DNA of 64,000 nt, taken from the NCBI GenBank assembly GCA_963811325.1, contig CAWEQT010000001.1, forward strand, positions 2,328,758 to 2,392,757, in the 5' to 3' direction. Positions 7,090 to 17,980 of this stretch are shown one piece after another. The translations under genes and the position numbers were made by a program. Numbering within the stretch: the stretch's first letter is position 1; every line of letters starts with the position of its first letter. The stretch is from an uncultured delta proteobacterium. GTDB lineage: Bacteria > Desulfobacterota > Syntrophia > Syntrophales > Smithellaceae. Below the pieces are notes generated by a model. That model made no database searches and was not told the origin of the DNA. It was given only the letters and a program-made list of their open reading frames with translations.

Positions 7090-9174
7090 ATGCCGGAAGA
7101 AACCAGACAATCAGACATTCTGTCAGCCGAAGTCTTTGATGTTATGCGCACTCTCGTAACGGCCATCAGAATAGTCAAACTTTATCCGCCAAATAATCCC
7201 GTCTATTCCCAAACGGTAAAGGAAGCTCATGAAGTACTTTCCCATTTTCTAGAAACCACACCAGAATATCATATTGGAGTGCAAAAAACTTTTTTTACCT
7301 ACTTGCACAATCAAATCGGAAAGGATACTGAAGCGAACAAAGCTATAGCTCAGGACATATTTACGAAAGGAATCCGGGATATTACCTTCCACAAGGGCGT
7401 TACTGAAAAAGAAATGATGGATCTTTTCCAGGCGCTTGCTTTGCAAGCAAAAGAAATAGGGATGCATAGCGGGGTTTCCTCGATCCTCTGGGAAAAAAGT
7501 GTGTCCAATATCGAAGTAAACGAGGCGGGGCTAGACGAAATTATCACGGCAAAAACAGAAATAGACAGGGAAGAGATCGCCCGCAAAATGGCCAATGCCG
7601 GTTCTTCCAGTTCAAAAACTAAAGAATTTACCGGCCATACAATGGTTTTGGATGAGCTTACAACCGACAATGCAGGCTTCGGTGCGGCTATGGTCGCCCT
7701 GGCAAAAAAGACACGAGGCGAAAATGAATCCGTTGAGGATCGTTTACTTACACTTTATAAGGAAGCTGTATGCAAGATTCAGAAAGAACATCCTGACCAA
7801 ATCGACACCCTCTTTGAGGCGCTGGCACAGTCCGCTTTGTCCCTCGAACAGCCTTTTCGCGAAGCATTGATTGCCGGGAAACTGTATGCGGTTTCTGATT
7901 CGGAAAACGCAGAAAAACTAAAAACTAAAATGGAAGAACAGGTGCCGAATGGATTTCATGAAATTCTGACCGGACGTTTTTTAGATTCATGGACAGCTCA
8001 ACAGGTGGCAGAGCTTTTAAAAAATCTGACAACAAAAGAAATAACATTGTTAAAGCCGCAGCCTTCTTCATTCCTTGCTCTCCCCACCGTATCGCTATCA
8101 TCTGATATAGGAGAGATTGTCAAAGAAATGGCGGGATACTCGACACAGGAGACGGAAGCGCTCAAATTCATTGGTAGCGTGGGTATGGAATCGGATATCA
8201 TCGATGCCTCGATGCACACCCTTATTTCCATTATGCCTCTGGTGAAGTCTCCTCATCATGCCACTCCGGACGAAAAGGAAATCGCCCTGTTTGCCGGCGT
8301 TATCCGCCAACTGGAAGATATGCTTAATTATCTTTTAAAGAAAAAAGATTATGGCCGCGTTTCCCTCATCACTAAAACATTTTATAGTCCCGTGGATCCA
8401 GCTTTTAAGCCCAGAATGTTAGAAGCCGTGAGAAAGACGTCTTCCAAGACTTTTATTATCTCAACAATCGAGGACTTGCAAAAATATACCAAAGATTCAC
8501 CAGAATACGTCTCTGCCTATTCTTGTTTGTCATTCATGGAACGTGAAGCAACTGAAGTCCTGCTGGAGATGCTGTCAAAAGAAACTGAAAGCAAGTCGAA
8601 AACAGTTATTCTCGACTTACTGAAAGATATCGGCAAAAATCAGATAGCAGTGATTAGCGAGCATCTTTCCGACAGCAGATGGCTTTTTGTCCGCGACATC
8701 ATAAATATCATAAGCGAGATCAAAAGCGACAAGGCCGTTGTTTCTCTCCAAAAGGCAGTGGAAAATAAGAATATAAAGATACGGCAAGAAGTGGTCAAGT
8801 GTTTGATCTCTATTGGGGGTAAAAAAGCCGCTGGTCTTCTGGCAAAGTTTTTAAAAGATGCGGATGACACCATTAAACTGATGGCAATTCGCGGCTTCAC
8901 CGAAATTAAGGGCATCAGCACTGAAGATATGAAAGCCCTCATAACGTTCCTCTATGATCGTCCTCTTCGCAAAAAGTATCAGGCGCTTACTTTAGAGGCA
9001 ATAAAAGCGCTGGGGAAGGTAGGCGGCCCTGCGGCAGATGACTTATTAAAAGACTACACTCGAGTTCGCTGGTGGAAGTCGCATAAACCTCAGATCGAGA
9101 GAAGGGACGCGGCGTTGAAAGCTATGGCTGAAATAAAAAGGAGGCAAGGCAATGGTGGATCAACAAAGCGATAG
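7090..9174 (+). CDS. HEAT-repeat protein sharing an N-terminal domain with the downstream HD-GYP protein
   Basis: 694 aa. The C-terminal third has HEAT/PBS-lyase-like repeats (..IRQEVVKCLISIGGKKAAGLLAKFLKDADDTIKLMAIRGF..). N-terminal VKLYPPNNPV...GIRDITFHKGVTEKEMMDLF parallels VTIYPESHPF...DIGGIIFKPGIAIEEFVRL of the next ORF. Confidence 0.7.
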   Translation: MPEETRQSDILSAEVFDVMRTLVTAIRIVKLYPPNNPVYSQTVKEAHEVLSHFLETTPEYHIGVQKTFFTYLHNQIGKDTEANKAIAQDIFTKGIRDITFHKGVTEKEMMDLFQALALQAKEIGMHSGVSSILWEKSVSNIEVNEAGLDEIITAKTEIDREEIARKMANAGSSSSKTKEFTGHTMVLDELTTDNAGFGAAMVALAKKTRGENESVEDRLLTLYKEAVCKIQKEHPDQIDTLFEALAQSALSLEQPFREALIAGKLYAVSDSENAEKLKTKMEEQVPNGFHEILTGRFLDSWTAQQVAELLKNLTTKEITLLKPQPSSFLALPTVSLSSDIGEIVKEMAGYSTQETEALKFIGSVGMESDIIDASMHTLISIMPLVKSPHHATPDEKEIALFAGVIRQLEDMLNYLLKKKDYGRVSLITKTFYSPVDPAFKPRMLEAVRKTSSKTFIISTIEDLQKYTKDSPEYVSAYSCLSFMEREATEVLLEMLSKETESKSKTVILDLLKDIGKNQIAVISEHLSDSRWLFVRDIINIISEIKSDKAVVSLQKAVENKNIKIRQEVVKCLISIGGKKAAGLLAKFLKDADDTIKLMAIRGFTEIKGISTEDMKALITFLYDRPLRKKYQALTLEAIKALGKVGGPAADDLLKDYTRVRWWKSHKPQIERRDAALKAMAEIKRRQGNGGSTKR

Positions 9175-10585
9175 CCGGGGCGAAGCGCTACAATCATTTT
9201 TCGCAAGGCAGTTACTGCTTGACAGGGCCAAGACAGCGTTCCAGCAGTTGTCTGGACTGCTGAAAAACGTGACTATCTATCCGGAATCGCACCCTTTCCT
9301 TTTGTCGCTGGTCGAAAAGATTATAATTACTATCGAAGGGCTGTTGGCGGACAGAAAGGAAGTTGCTTTCTATTTCGTGTCTGGAGAATTATTTTTCGAA
9401 ACCAAATCTATGCCCATAGATCAGAGCATTGCTATGCTAGTTGAACAATTTACAAGCCGGGATATAGGCGGGATCATATTTAAACCGGGCATTGCGATCG
9501 AGGAATTCGTCAGACTGGCAGTCCTGATGAACAGGGAGCCTTCGGCACTTGTCGCAGATGGCGGTATTATCAATGTTATTTCGCGTGAAAATATCTCCCA
9601 TATCAATCTCCACAGCGTTCTTCTCGTCGATAAAAAAAGCGGCGGTGCCGCTAAAGAAGAGAAAAGAAAAGCGGCAAAACTGTTTCTGGAAGCGATAGTA
9701 GCCATAAAAGAAATGGTCAAGAACGTCCATTCAGGTAAAACAGTCAACATGCGCAGGATAAACACGGTCGTCCAAAATATGGTGGATAATATACTCGCTA
9801 ACCGGGATACCCTCATTGCCCTAACCAACCTGAAAATGCATAACGAATACACATTTGCCCATTGCGTGAACACATCCATTTTTGCTATTTCCCTGGCGGT
9901 TCATCTGTCGTTGGAAAAAACACAGATTGCTGCGCTGGGAGTTTCCGCCATGCTGCATGATATCGGCAAAGTGCGCATTCAACCCGAAATTATCAACAAA
10001 ACTGGTAATCTTACTGATGAGGAATCTGAAGCCCTTAAGCGTCATCCTATTGAGGGAGCACTTATCCTTTCGGACATCCAGGCAATAACAAAGATAGCTA
10101 TGGTAACCGCATTTGAGCATCATCAGCATGGAGGTGTTGATGGCTATCCCCAGATAGACGGGCATGTTCAGCAACATCCTTTTTCACAAATTATCTCTAT
10201 TGCCGACGCATATGAGGTGCTTACGGCAAGACGGGTCTACTACAACGTTAAAATGCCTCCTGATCAGGTAATCAGTCTTCTGGCAAAAAAGCGGGAAAGC
10301 GATTTTAACGCAGTCCTTGTGAAGGCTTTTATTAACATGATCGGCATTTTCCCCATCGGCACGTTACTGAATCTTTCGAGCGGCGAAGTCGGACTTGTCG
10401 CACATCAGACCAGTGATCTTATGCGCCCACGCGTTTTACTGTTAACGAAATTCGACGGTTCGGAAAAAGAATCCGGTGAAGAAATCAGCCTTCTTGAAAC
10501 AACTGATGGGAAGTATAAACGGGATGTTGCCGGCACCATCGACCCCTTCACAGCAAATATTGATATGAAACAATATTTGGAATAG
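9152..10585 (+). CDS. HD-GYP domain c-di-GMP phosphodiesterase family protein
   Basis: 477 aa with MLHDIGKV (HD) and FEHHQHGGVDGYPQ (GYP). AGGAGG 7 nt upstream. The start overlaps the upstream ORF by 23 nt. Confidence 0.85.
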   Translation: MVDQQSDSRGEALQSFFARQLLLDRAKTAFQQLSGLLKNVTIYPESHPFLLSLVEKIIITIEGLLADRKEVAFYFVSGELFFETKSMPIDQSIAMLVEQFTSRDIGGIIFKPGIAIEEFVRLAVLMNREPSALVADGGIINVISRENISHINLHSVLLVDKKSGGAAKEEKRKAAKLFLEAIVAIKEMVKNVHSGKTVNMRRINTVVQNMVDNILANRDTLIALTNLKMHNEYTFAHCVNTSIFAISLAVHLSLEKTQIAALGVSAMLHDIGKVRIQPEIINKTGNLTDEESEALKRHPIEGALILSDIQAITKIAMVTAFEHHQHGGVDGYPQIDGHVQQHPFSQIISIADAYEVLTARRVYYNVKMPPDQVISLLAKKRESDFNAVLVKAFINMIGIFPIGTLLNLSSGEVGLVAHQTSDLMRPRVLLLTKFDGSEKESGEEISLLETTDGKYKRDVAGTIDPFTANIDMKQYLE

Positions 10586-10724
10586 CTCTACCGAAAACCT
10601 TGCTTAACCATAACGGCAAAGCAAGGAATTTCTACTTTGAGAAAACCATATTTGAAAAAACCGAATAAATAATTGGCAGAAATTTGGCGTTGACAGCGTA
10701 AAATAAAAGATTGCTCCCGTCATC

Positions 10725-10988
10725 ATGGAAAGAAACAAAGAAAATAATCTTCAGCTAAAATATCCCTGCGCATGGATTTATAAAATTATTGGTGTTGATC
10801 AAAACGACATGAAGTCTGCCGTTCTCGAAGTTATTCAGGATCGCGCATGCGTGATAACTCTCTCCCGGAGCAGTGAAACCGCTAAATACCACTGTCTCAA
10901 TGTAGAAATTACCGTGGAAAGCGAATCTCACAGGAAAATGATTTACGAATCTCTAAAAGCTCATCGGGCAATAAAAATGATTTTATAG
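10725..10988 (+). CDS. DUF493/YbeD-family small protein
   Basis: 87 aa. LKYPCAWIYKIIGV... resembles the FPC..f.KviG signature of the UPF0250/YbeD family. Confidence 0.65.
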   Translation: MERNKENNLQLKYPCAWIYKIIGVDQNDMKSAVLEVIQDRACVITLSRSSETAKYHCLNVEITVESESHRKMIYESLKAHRAIKMIL

Positions 10989-11116
10989 GGATTTACCCGC
11001 CAAGCATCAGTAGGGGGGCTGCCCTTCATTAATATCGCTTTCAAAAGATAACGCCGCGGCAAAGGGAGAGACCCCAAAGATAAAAGGAAGCGCTGTCTTA
11101 TCAATCCAATTAAATT

Positions 11117-11155
11117 AAAGCTCTCCGTGACAAGTTGCGGAGAGCTTTAATTTTT
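11117..11155. terminator. rho-independent terminator between convergent genes
   Basis: AAAGCTCTCCG (11117-11127) pairs with CGGAGAGCTTT (11138-11148), followed by AATTTTT. T/A-rich on both sides, so possibly bidirectional. Confidence 0.7.
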
Positions 11156-11233
11156 AAGGAACCATATAATTTTGTGTTTGCTCACTTACCTCGCGGCAAG
11201 CAAAGATATTTGCGCTCGCTGCCAAGTTTAATT

Positions 11234-13087
11234 TTATACAGATAGAATTGCCTCGCGGCCGTTGGCTCTGAATTCCTTCTTGATTTTGTTGAACTCATCA
11301 GGAGTGAGTCTACGATAAGTATTATCACCGCGCTTCCTGAAATAAATCTGCATGCCGGAATTGCGTTCAAGATTGAAATTATCGCGCTTGAAAGGCCGCA
11401 CAATAACTTTCTGGGTATCGGTAACAGGAAACTTCTCAACGGTGCGTATATAATCGGGCATCCATTTGGGATCCATCCCTCCTTCTTTCTGCTGTTTGAT
11501 AAACCAGGCGTAGACATCATCGGGATTAAACTCGACGCCATCTTTAAGCTGGACTGTAATCATGACCTTCTCATCAGCCACTTCACAGGGCGCTCCGTAG
11601 GCAATGGCGCAATCCGCGCACGGAATATTCTGGGCAAAACCAAGAACGCTCTCGGCTGAAAAATTCTCTCCGTCCTTGCGGATCCAGTCATCGGTGCGAC
11701 CGTTGAAAAACATGTAACGTTTCCCATTCACCATCCTGATATGTCCCAAATCACCCGAATGATACCAGCCTTTGCGGAATTTCTGATTGGTCGCTCCCTC
11801 ATTACCGAAATATCCTTCAAATCTGATGTTGTTATCGCCTACCTTGCGGCAGATTTCGCCAACGGCTTTATCGTAGTTGATGAGCGCACCGCTGGCGTCC
11901 GTAATACCAAGCGCGCATTCGCGTCCCTCTTCATCCAATATATGGATGGAGGAATCCACACGGCCTACCGAATCAACAGGGTCTCCGGGACGGTTGGCCG
12001 TGGTAATGACCGCCTCAGTGGAACCGTAGATCTCAAAAATATGATCCATACCCAGATAGCGTTTGAGTTTTATACGATCATTGACCGAAGCGCCGTTGCC
12101 ATAGGCTTTGCGGAATTTATTGCGCGGATGTTTGACCAGGGCGTTTTCTACAGCTTCGCCGCTACCGTATTTGCGCTCCAGAGCATCAATGATATAATGA
12201 AGCGGCTGGCCGACATAGTTGAGAAAAGTAACACCATGAGTGAGCATATCTTCTTCAAATACGCTCGCGGAAAAACGCCTCTTCATTACAAAACTGCCGC
12301 CCACAATCATCTGTGGCAATATTCCGATATACCAGGCGTTGGAATGAAACAAAGGCATCGAAATGTAACCACGGTCATTTTTGTTAAGATGAACCGCCGA
12401 TTGCACCATAAAGCCCGCTCCTACCAATTTGATATGAGTGCATGGCACTCCTTTGGGTAGTCCTGATGTGCCCGACGTATAGATCACAATAACCGGACTG
12501 AAATTATCCGCCTTGACCCGATAGCTTCCAGGCACAGTTATCTTTTCCGCATCTTCAACCGCCTGCTCCAGTGATTTGAATCCGGTTGATTGAAAAGCGT
12601 CCTTATCTCCTACGAAGTAAATATCTTCAGGACCGATCACCTGGACATTTTTAATTATACCTTCTACTTCTTTCAAAGTGCTGGCATTGATTATCAGAAA
12701 TGCTATGCCGGCCTGATCCATGACCTTGGCCAGAGTCTCGCCTCGAAATCCCGAATTAATAGCAAACATGATAGAATTGCTAAGGCCGGCTCCAAAAGAG
12801 GCATAGAGAAATTCGGGGGTATTATCCATATAGACACCGAAAGATAGCCTCTTCTCTTTGCCCAGTCGGCCACTGTCCACCAATTTCTTTCTTACGCTCA
12901 GAAGAAATTGCTCGTAACGCCGGGATTGCAGATAAACTTTCCGATAAGTATATTCACAGCCTTCAAATATGAAAAACACTCGATTACGTCTGAACCAAAA
13001 CTGCCACATAGTCAGTTTTATCATGGTGCCGAAATTTACAAAGCTAAACACATTTCGTATTATTGTTTTAAGATTAATTTTACCCAT
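11234..13087 (-). CDS. AMP-dependent acyl-CoA synthetase (long-chain/FATP-like)
   Basis: 617 aa. The AMP-binding motif IVIYTSGTSGLPKGV and the C-terminal GWYHSGDLG...GRTDD motif are present. Confidence 0.85.
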   Translation of the reverse strand: MGKINLKTIIRNVFSFVNFGTMIKLTMWQFWFRRNRVFFIFEGCEYTYRKVYLQSRRYEQFLLSVRKKLVDSGRLGKEKRLSFGVYMDNTPEFLYASFGAGLSNSIMFAINSGFRGETLAKVMDQAGIAFLIINASTLKEVEGIIKNVQVIGPEDIYFVGDKDAFQSTGFKSLEQAVEDAEKITVPGSYRVKADNFSPVIVIYTSGTSGLPKGVPCTHIKLVGAGFMVQSAVHLNKNDRGYISMPLFHSNAWYIGILPQMIVGGSFVMKRRFSASVFEEDMLTHGVTFLNYVGQPLHYIIDALERKYGSGEAVENALVKHPRNKFRKAYGNGASVNDRIKLKRYLGMDHIFEIYGSTEAVITTANRPGDPVDSVGRVDSSIHILDEEGRECALGITDASGALINYDKAVGEICRKVGDNNIRFEGYFGNEGATNQKFRKGWYHSGDLGHIRMVNGKRYMFFNGRTDDWIRKDGENFSAESVLGFAQNIPCADCAIAYGAPCEVADEKVMITVQLKDGVEFNPDDVYAWFIKQQKEGGMDPKWMPDYIRTVEKFPVTDTQKVIVRPFKRDNFNLERNSGMQIYFRKRGDNTYRRLTPDEFNKIKKEFRANGREAILSV

Positions 13088-13117
13088 TACTCCCCCAAAA
13101 TAATTTATTCTTATATG

Positions 13118-15931
13118 CTAAATGGAGATAATTTTCCGCAAAAATTGACCTGTTGAAGATTTTTCTTCCTGTGCCACTTTTTCCACCGTGCCTGAAGCAA
13201 TGATTTCACCGCCGCCGGAACCGCCTTCCGGTCCGAGATCAATAACATAATCAGCGCACTTAATTATGTCTAAATTATGTTCTATTACGACCATTGTATT
13301 ACCCATATCCACCAGGCGCATTAAAACATCCAGCAATTTTTGAATATCTGCGAAATGCAAACCGATGGTTGGTTCATCTAAAATATAGAGAGTATTGCTG
13401 TTTGTTTTCTTGCCCAATTCCCGCGCCAGTTTTATCCTTTGGGCTTCCCCGCCGGAGAGAGTAGTCGCCGACTGCCCCAGATGAATATAGCCCAAACCAA
13501 CATCGTTCAACAATTGCAAATGCGATTTAATTGAAGGAATATTGGAAAAAAATATCAGTGCCTGATTGACCGTCATGTCTAAAATCTCGGCAATATTCTT
13601 ATCTTTATATTTGATATCCAGCGTATCGGAATTGAATCGTTTGCCGTGACAAACATCACAAGTCACATAAACATCGGGCAAAAAATGCATTTCAATCTTT
13701 ATCAAACCGTTGCCTTCACAAGCCTCGCAGCGTCCGCCTTTCACGTTAAAGCTGAACCGCCCCGGCTTATATCCGCGCATCCTTGCTTCGGAAAGATTGG
13801 TAAATAAATCGCGGATAAAAGAAAAGATTCCCGTATAAGTTACCGGATTGGATCGTGGCGTACGGCCAATGGGATGCTGATTAATCATTATGACACGTTC
13901 AATATCTCCCAAATCTACAACTCTTTTAATTTTTCCCATTGATCCGGTATGCTGATTCAAACGACGCGCCAACACTTTATAAAGAGTTTCAATTATCATT
14001 GTGCTTTTACCAGAACCTGATACGCCGGTTACCGCCGTAAATACTCCTACAGGTATTTTAATATCAATATTTTTGAGGTTATTTTCAGTAGCTCCTTCTA
14101 AAACAATATGTCTTTTAGGAATTGACCGTCTTTTTGACGGCAACGCTATGCACTCTTTCCCCGATAAATATCTGCCGGTAAGCGAATGATCGCTTTGCAA
14201 AATTTCCCCGGGAGTTCCCTGGAAAACTATCTCTCCTCCCTGAGTTCCAGCGCCCGGACCTATATCCACAATATGATCGCAGGCTAGCATCATATCGGCG
14301 TCATGTTCTACAACCAGCACGGTATTGCCCATATCGCGCAATTTTTTTAACGTATCAATCAGGCGCAGATTATCTTTCTGATGCAGTCCGACAGTGGGCT
14401 CATCAAGCACATACAAGACTCCCATTAATCCGGAACCGATTTGTGTGGCCAGCCGGATGCGCTGACTTTCGCCTCCCGACAAAGATGATGTAGATCTCTC
14501 CAGAGTCAGATAATCCATGCCGACATTCAAAAGGAATTGAAGGCGGCTTTTAATTTCCCTGATAATTCTTTCGGTAATACCTTTTTCCTGCGGTGATAGT
14601 TTCAGTTGTTCGAAAAAATTAAAACAGTCGCGGATGGACATTTGGCAGAGCTCGTAAATATTCTTACCCATAACTGTAACGGCAAGTCTTTCTTTTTTTA
14701 AACGCGCTCCATGACAAGTATCGCAGGCGCTCAAATCATTGTAACGCATCAAATCATTACGCACTGCCGTCGAAGCTGTTTCTCTCCAGCGGCGCTCCAG
14801 TTGTTTGATCGCTCCTTCAAATGGCCGGTGAGCAAAGTATCTTTTATTTGAACGATCATGATAAAATTTAACATTCTCTTTACCTGATCCGTAAAGAAGA
14901 ACTTTTTGAATTTTTTCCGGCAATTTATTAAATGGCGTGTTAATATCAAAATCATAATGGGAGCTAAGAGCGTCTAAAATATTATAATAATAAAGAGAGT
15001 TTCGGCCCGCCCAAGGCGCGATAGCGCCTTCCCTTAAAGACAATCCGGCATCCGGCACAACCAGATATTCTGTAAAGCGCATACAGGAACCCAGACCGTT
15101 GCAATCAGGACAGGCGCCATAGGGACTGTTGAAGGAAAACATACGGGGAGTGAGCGCGGCAGTGCTTATTCCACAGTCAGGACAGGCATATTTTTCGCTG
15201 AAAAGCATTTCTTCGCCATTGACAAGAGCTATGCGTACAAGTCCTTCTGCACGGCTAGCCGCAATTTCCAGAGAATCGCGTAATCTCTTTCTCACGCCTT
15301 CTTTCAACACCAGACGGTCAACAATAAGATCAATATCATGGCGCTTATTCTTTTCCAGAATAATTTCTTCTGCAAGATCGCAAATTTTTCCGTCAATCCG
15401 GACGCGCGCAAATCCTTCTTTCTGAAGTTTTTTTAATTCTTTCTGGAATTCACCTTTTTTCCCGCGCACAAGCGGCGCCAGAATGCTGAATGATGTATTC
15501 GCCGGAAGGGAAAGAATACTTTCCAGAATACTATCTATTGTTTGCGATTTAATAACGCGTCCACAGCGATAACAATGACAAACGCCTATAGCAGAATAGA
15601 GCAGACGGAAGTAGTCGTATATTTCAGTGACTGTACCTACTGTTGAACGCGGATTATGACTGGCCGTACGCTGCTCTATAGATATAGCCGGTGATAAGCC
15701 TTCTATTGATTCCACATTCGGCTTATCCATTTGTCCGATAAACTGACGCGCGTAAGTGGAAAGTGATTCCACATATCGCCTTTGACCTTCGGCATAGATA
15801 GTATCAAAAGCGAGCGATGATTTGCCGGAACCGCTCACACCGGTAATAATGACAAACTTATCTCGGGGAATATCTAAACCTATGTTTTTTAAATTATGCT
15901 GAGAGGCCCCTCTGATTCTTATCGCGTCCAT
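13118..15931 (-). CDS. uvrA: excinuclease ABC subunit A
   Basis: 937 aa. Two ABC ATPase modules (GVSGSGKSS / [14 protein letters not shown] signatures), zinc-finger Cys clusters, and the canonical N-terminus [12 protein letters not shown]. Confidence 0.97.
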   Translation of the reverse strand: MDAIRIRGASQHNLKNIGLDIPRDKFVIITGVSGSGKSSLAFDTIYAEGQRRYVESLSTYARQFIGQMDKPNVESIEGLSPAISIEQRTASHNPRSTVGTVTEIYDYFRLLYSAIGVCHCYRCGRVIKSQTIDSILESILSLPANTSFSILAPLVRGKKGEFQKELKKLQKEGFARVRIDGKICDLAEEIILEKNKRHDIDLIVDRLVLKEGVRKRLRDSLEIAASRAEGLVRIALVNGEEMLFSEKYACPDCGISTAALTPRMFSFNSPYGACPDCNGLGSCMRFTEYLVVPDAGLSLREGAIAPWAGRNSLYYYNILDALSSHYDFDINTPFNKLPEKIQKVLLYGSGKENVKFYHDRSNKRYFAHRPFEGAIKQLERRWRETASTAVRNDLMRYNDLSACDTCHGARLKKERLAVTVMGKNIYELCQMSIRDCFNFFEQLKLSPQEKGITERIIREIKSRLQFLLNVGMDYLTLERSTSSLSGGESQRIRLATQIGSGLMGVLYVLDEPTVGLHQKDNLRLIDTLKKLRDMGNTVLVVEHDADMMLACDHIVDIGPGAGTQGGEIVFQGTPGEILQSDHSLTGRYLSGKECIALPSKRRSIPKRHIVLEGATENNLKNIDIKIPVGVFTAVTGVSGSGKSTMIIETLYKVLARRLNQHTGSMGKIKRVVDLGDIERVIMINQHPIGRTPRSNPVTYTGIFSFIRDLFTNLSEARMRGYKPGRFSFNVKGGRCEACEGNGLIKIEMHFLPDVYVTCDVCHGKRFNSDTLDIKYKDKNIAEILDMTVNQALIFFSNIPSIKSHLQLLNDVGLGYIHLGQSATTLSGGEAQRIKLARELGKKTNSNTLYILDEPTIGLHFADIQKLLDVLMRLVDMGNTMVVIEHNLDIIKCADYVIDLGPEGGSGGGEIIASGTVEKVAQEEKSSTGQFLRKIISI

Positions 15932-15952
15932 ATTTTTACTTTTATTACTCTT

Positions 15953-16927
15953 TTACAATCTTGTTTCAATGTGCGACTTATCCCGAACGGAAGAAATCCA
16001 TTCATCAAATTTCTTATCTAATTTTTCATTTTCAATTTTTGTCTTAATTTCTTCCCGCACCAAAGCAATCGGTTTCAATCCGGCGCCTTTTTTATCAACC
16101 ACCTTAATTATATGAAAGCCTAAACTGGATTCAATTACTTCACTTACTTGATTCAGGGGAAGGCTAAAAGCCGCTGCTTCAACTTCCGGAATAATTGTTC
16201 CTTTTTCGATAAAACCAACATCACCACCCTGCGCTGCCGCCGGTCCCTGAGAATATTTCTCGGCCAGCAAATCGAAAGATTCCCCGTTCATAATAAGTCC
16301 GCGCAAGCGCAGAGCTTCATTTTTCACTTTAGCTTTCATGTTTTTATCCGCGTTAGGAGGTAACAATAACAAAAGTTGTTTCATTCTTACGCTTTCTTTA
16401 CCTTCGTATTCCTGGCGGTGTTTATTGTAATATTCGCCAATTTCCTCATCACTTACGATTACCTTATCTTTTATTTCCCGTCTTAACAGGTGCATTCTAA
16501 CCAATTGCGACCTTATTTCTTTTTTAACAGATTCAATGGAGTTTCCTTCTTTATCAAGATTTTTCAAAAAATCCTGCATACTCAATTTTTGCTTATTCAT
16601 AACGTCCTGGAGCACCGCCATAACATCTGCATCCCTGACGCTAGCGCTAATGCCCGATTTTTTTGCCTCTTGTTCGATCAGTATATTATCAATCATTCGT
16701 TGAAATAAAGCATCTCTTGTCTGTTTCATCGCAGCATCCTTATCATTGCCTTTATAAGTATTTTCGATGTTTTTCCGGTAAGGTTCAAATGCCGTATTAA
16801 GGTCGTAAAGCGTTATTACATCATCGTTTACCACAGCAATAATTTTATCCACAACCTCGGCGTAAGCCGGCACGCATAAGAGTATTAGACTCCATAAAAT
16901 TAAAATAAACTTTTTGCAAAACTTCAC
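15953..16927 (-). CDS. SurA-like periplasmic chaperone / PpiC-type peptidyl-prolyl isomerase
   Basis: 324 aa. Signal peptide, SurA N-terminal-like region, and a parvulin domain (GGDVGFIEKG...SLGFHIIKV). Confidence 0.8.
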   Translation of the reverse strand: MKFCKKFILILWSLILLCVPAYAEVVDKIIAVVNDDVITLYDLNTAFEPYRKNIENTYKGNDKDAAMKQTRDALFQRMIDNILIEQEAKKSGISASVRDADVMAVLQDVMNKQKLSMQDFLKNLDKEGNSIESVKKEIRSQLVRMHLLRREIKDKVIVSDEEIGEYYNKHRQEYEGKESVRMKQLLLLLPPNADKNMKAKVKNEALRLRGLIMNGESFDLLAEKYSQGPAAAQGGDVGFIEKGTIIPEVEAAAFSLPLNQVSEVIESSLGFHIIKVVDKKGAGLKPIALVREEIKTKIENEKLDKKFDEWISSVRDKSHIETRL

Positions 16928-16949
16928 AATGATTCCTCCCTGTTTAATT

Positions 16950-17954
16950 TCACTTATTCAATTTCCTTATCTGTATATTGGTTTGTTTTTTAATCACCGC
17001 TTTTTTCTTTAATTCTTCCAGCCAGCTTATAAAAGCCGCGTCTTCTTTTTGCAGCCGAATATCAGCAATCACATCTTCTCTAACATCTGTAAAATTTACG
17101 GCTCTCGCCGGTTGACTCTCCAAGACTTTGAAAACATGAAATCCATAAGAACTTTGCACAATTGGACTTATCTTATTAACCGACGTTTTGAAAATAGTTT
17201 TATCCAGGGGTTCCGGCATTACCCATCTGGTAACAAATCCAAGATCTCCGCCGTGGTGAGCTTCCGGGCCGATGGACACACTGGCGGCCACTTCGGCAAA
17301 ATCTTCTCCGGAGTTTAATCTTTCCACTACTTTTTTAGCTGCTTCCGAATCCCGGACAACTATCTGCGCGATCCTTACTCGGTATTCCTTTTTGTAATGA
17401 TTACGGTGTTCATTAAAATAATCTTCAGCTTCATCATCTGATATTTTAATTTTGGCATTGACATCAATTGCGATAAGCTTTTGCAGAAGCATCTCTTTTT
17501 TAAAATCTTCTTTCCAGTTTTCATATTTTACATTTTCCTGCGCAAACAGGCTGATGAAATCTCCTCCATAATCTTTTTTAATTTCTTTAATTTTATTCTC
17601 CAACTCGATCTCGCTTATGGATATATTCAGCTCCTGCGCCCTCAGATATATTATTTTTTCCGTAATCATGCTGTCTAAAACTTCGTCTTCAAATCGTTTC
17701 ATGTATTCCGGTTGATCCAAAAATTCTTTGGGCACCATATACATTTTTTGCTCTAACCTGGACTGATAATCATCGAGATAAATTCTGGAACCATTAACCG
17801 TGGCAACGTAAGGTCGAAAAAAAATATTAATCTTATCGCAAGCAACAACAAAACTCAGGATCAGCAAACATGGAACAGCATAACGGCTCAAGGCTATCCT
17901 CTTTGCTGCTCTGGTGAAAGAAAAAATATCAGAATGCGATTTTGTTGTAATCAT
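16950..17954 (-). CDS. PpiC-type peptidyl-prolyl isomerase (second SurA-like paralogue)
   Basis: 334 aa. Parvulin motif GGDLGFVTRW...SYGFHVFKV, with an N-terminal anchor. Confidence 0.8.
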   Translation of the reverse strand: MITTKSHSDIFSFTRAAKRIALSRYAVPCLLILSFVVACDKINIFFRPYVATVNGSRIYLDDYQSRLEQKMYMVPKEFLDQPEYMKRFEDEVLDSMITEKIIYLRAQELNISISEIELENKIKEIKKDYGGDFISLFAQENVKYENWKEDFKKEMLLQKLIAIDVNAKIKISDDEAEDYFNEHRNHYKKEYRVRIAQIVVRDSEAAKKVVERLNSGEDFAEVAASVSIGPEAHHGGDLGFVTRWVMPEPLDKTIFKTSVNKISPIVQSSYGFHVFKVLESQPARAVNFTDVREDVIADIRLQKEDAAFISWLEELKKKAVIKKQTNIQIRKLNK

Positions 17955-17980
17955 AACATTTCTTTATACCCTGCTTGCGG

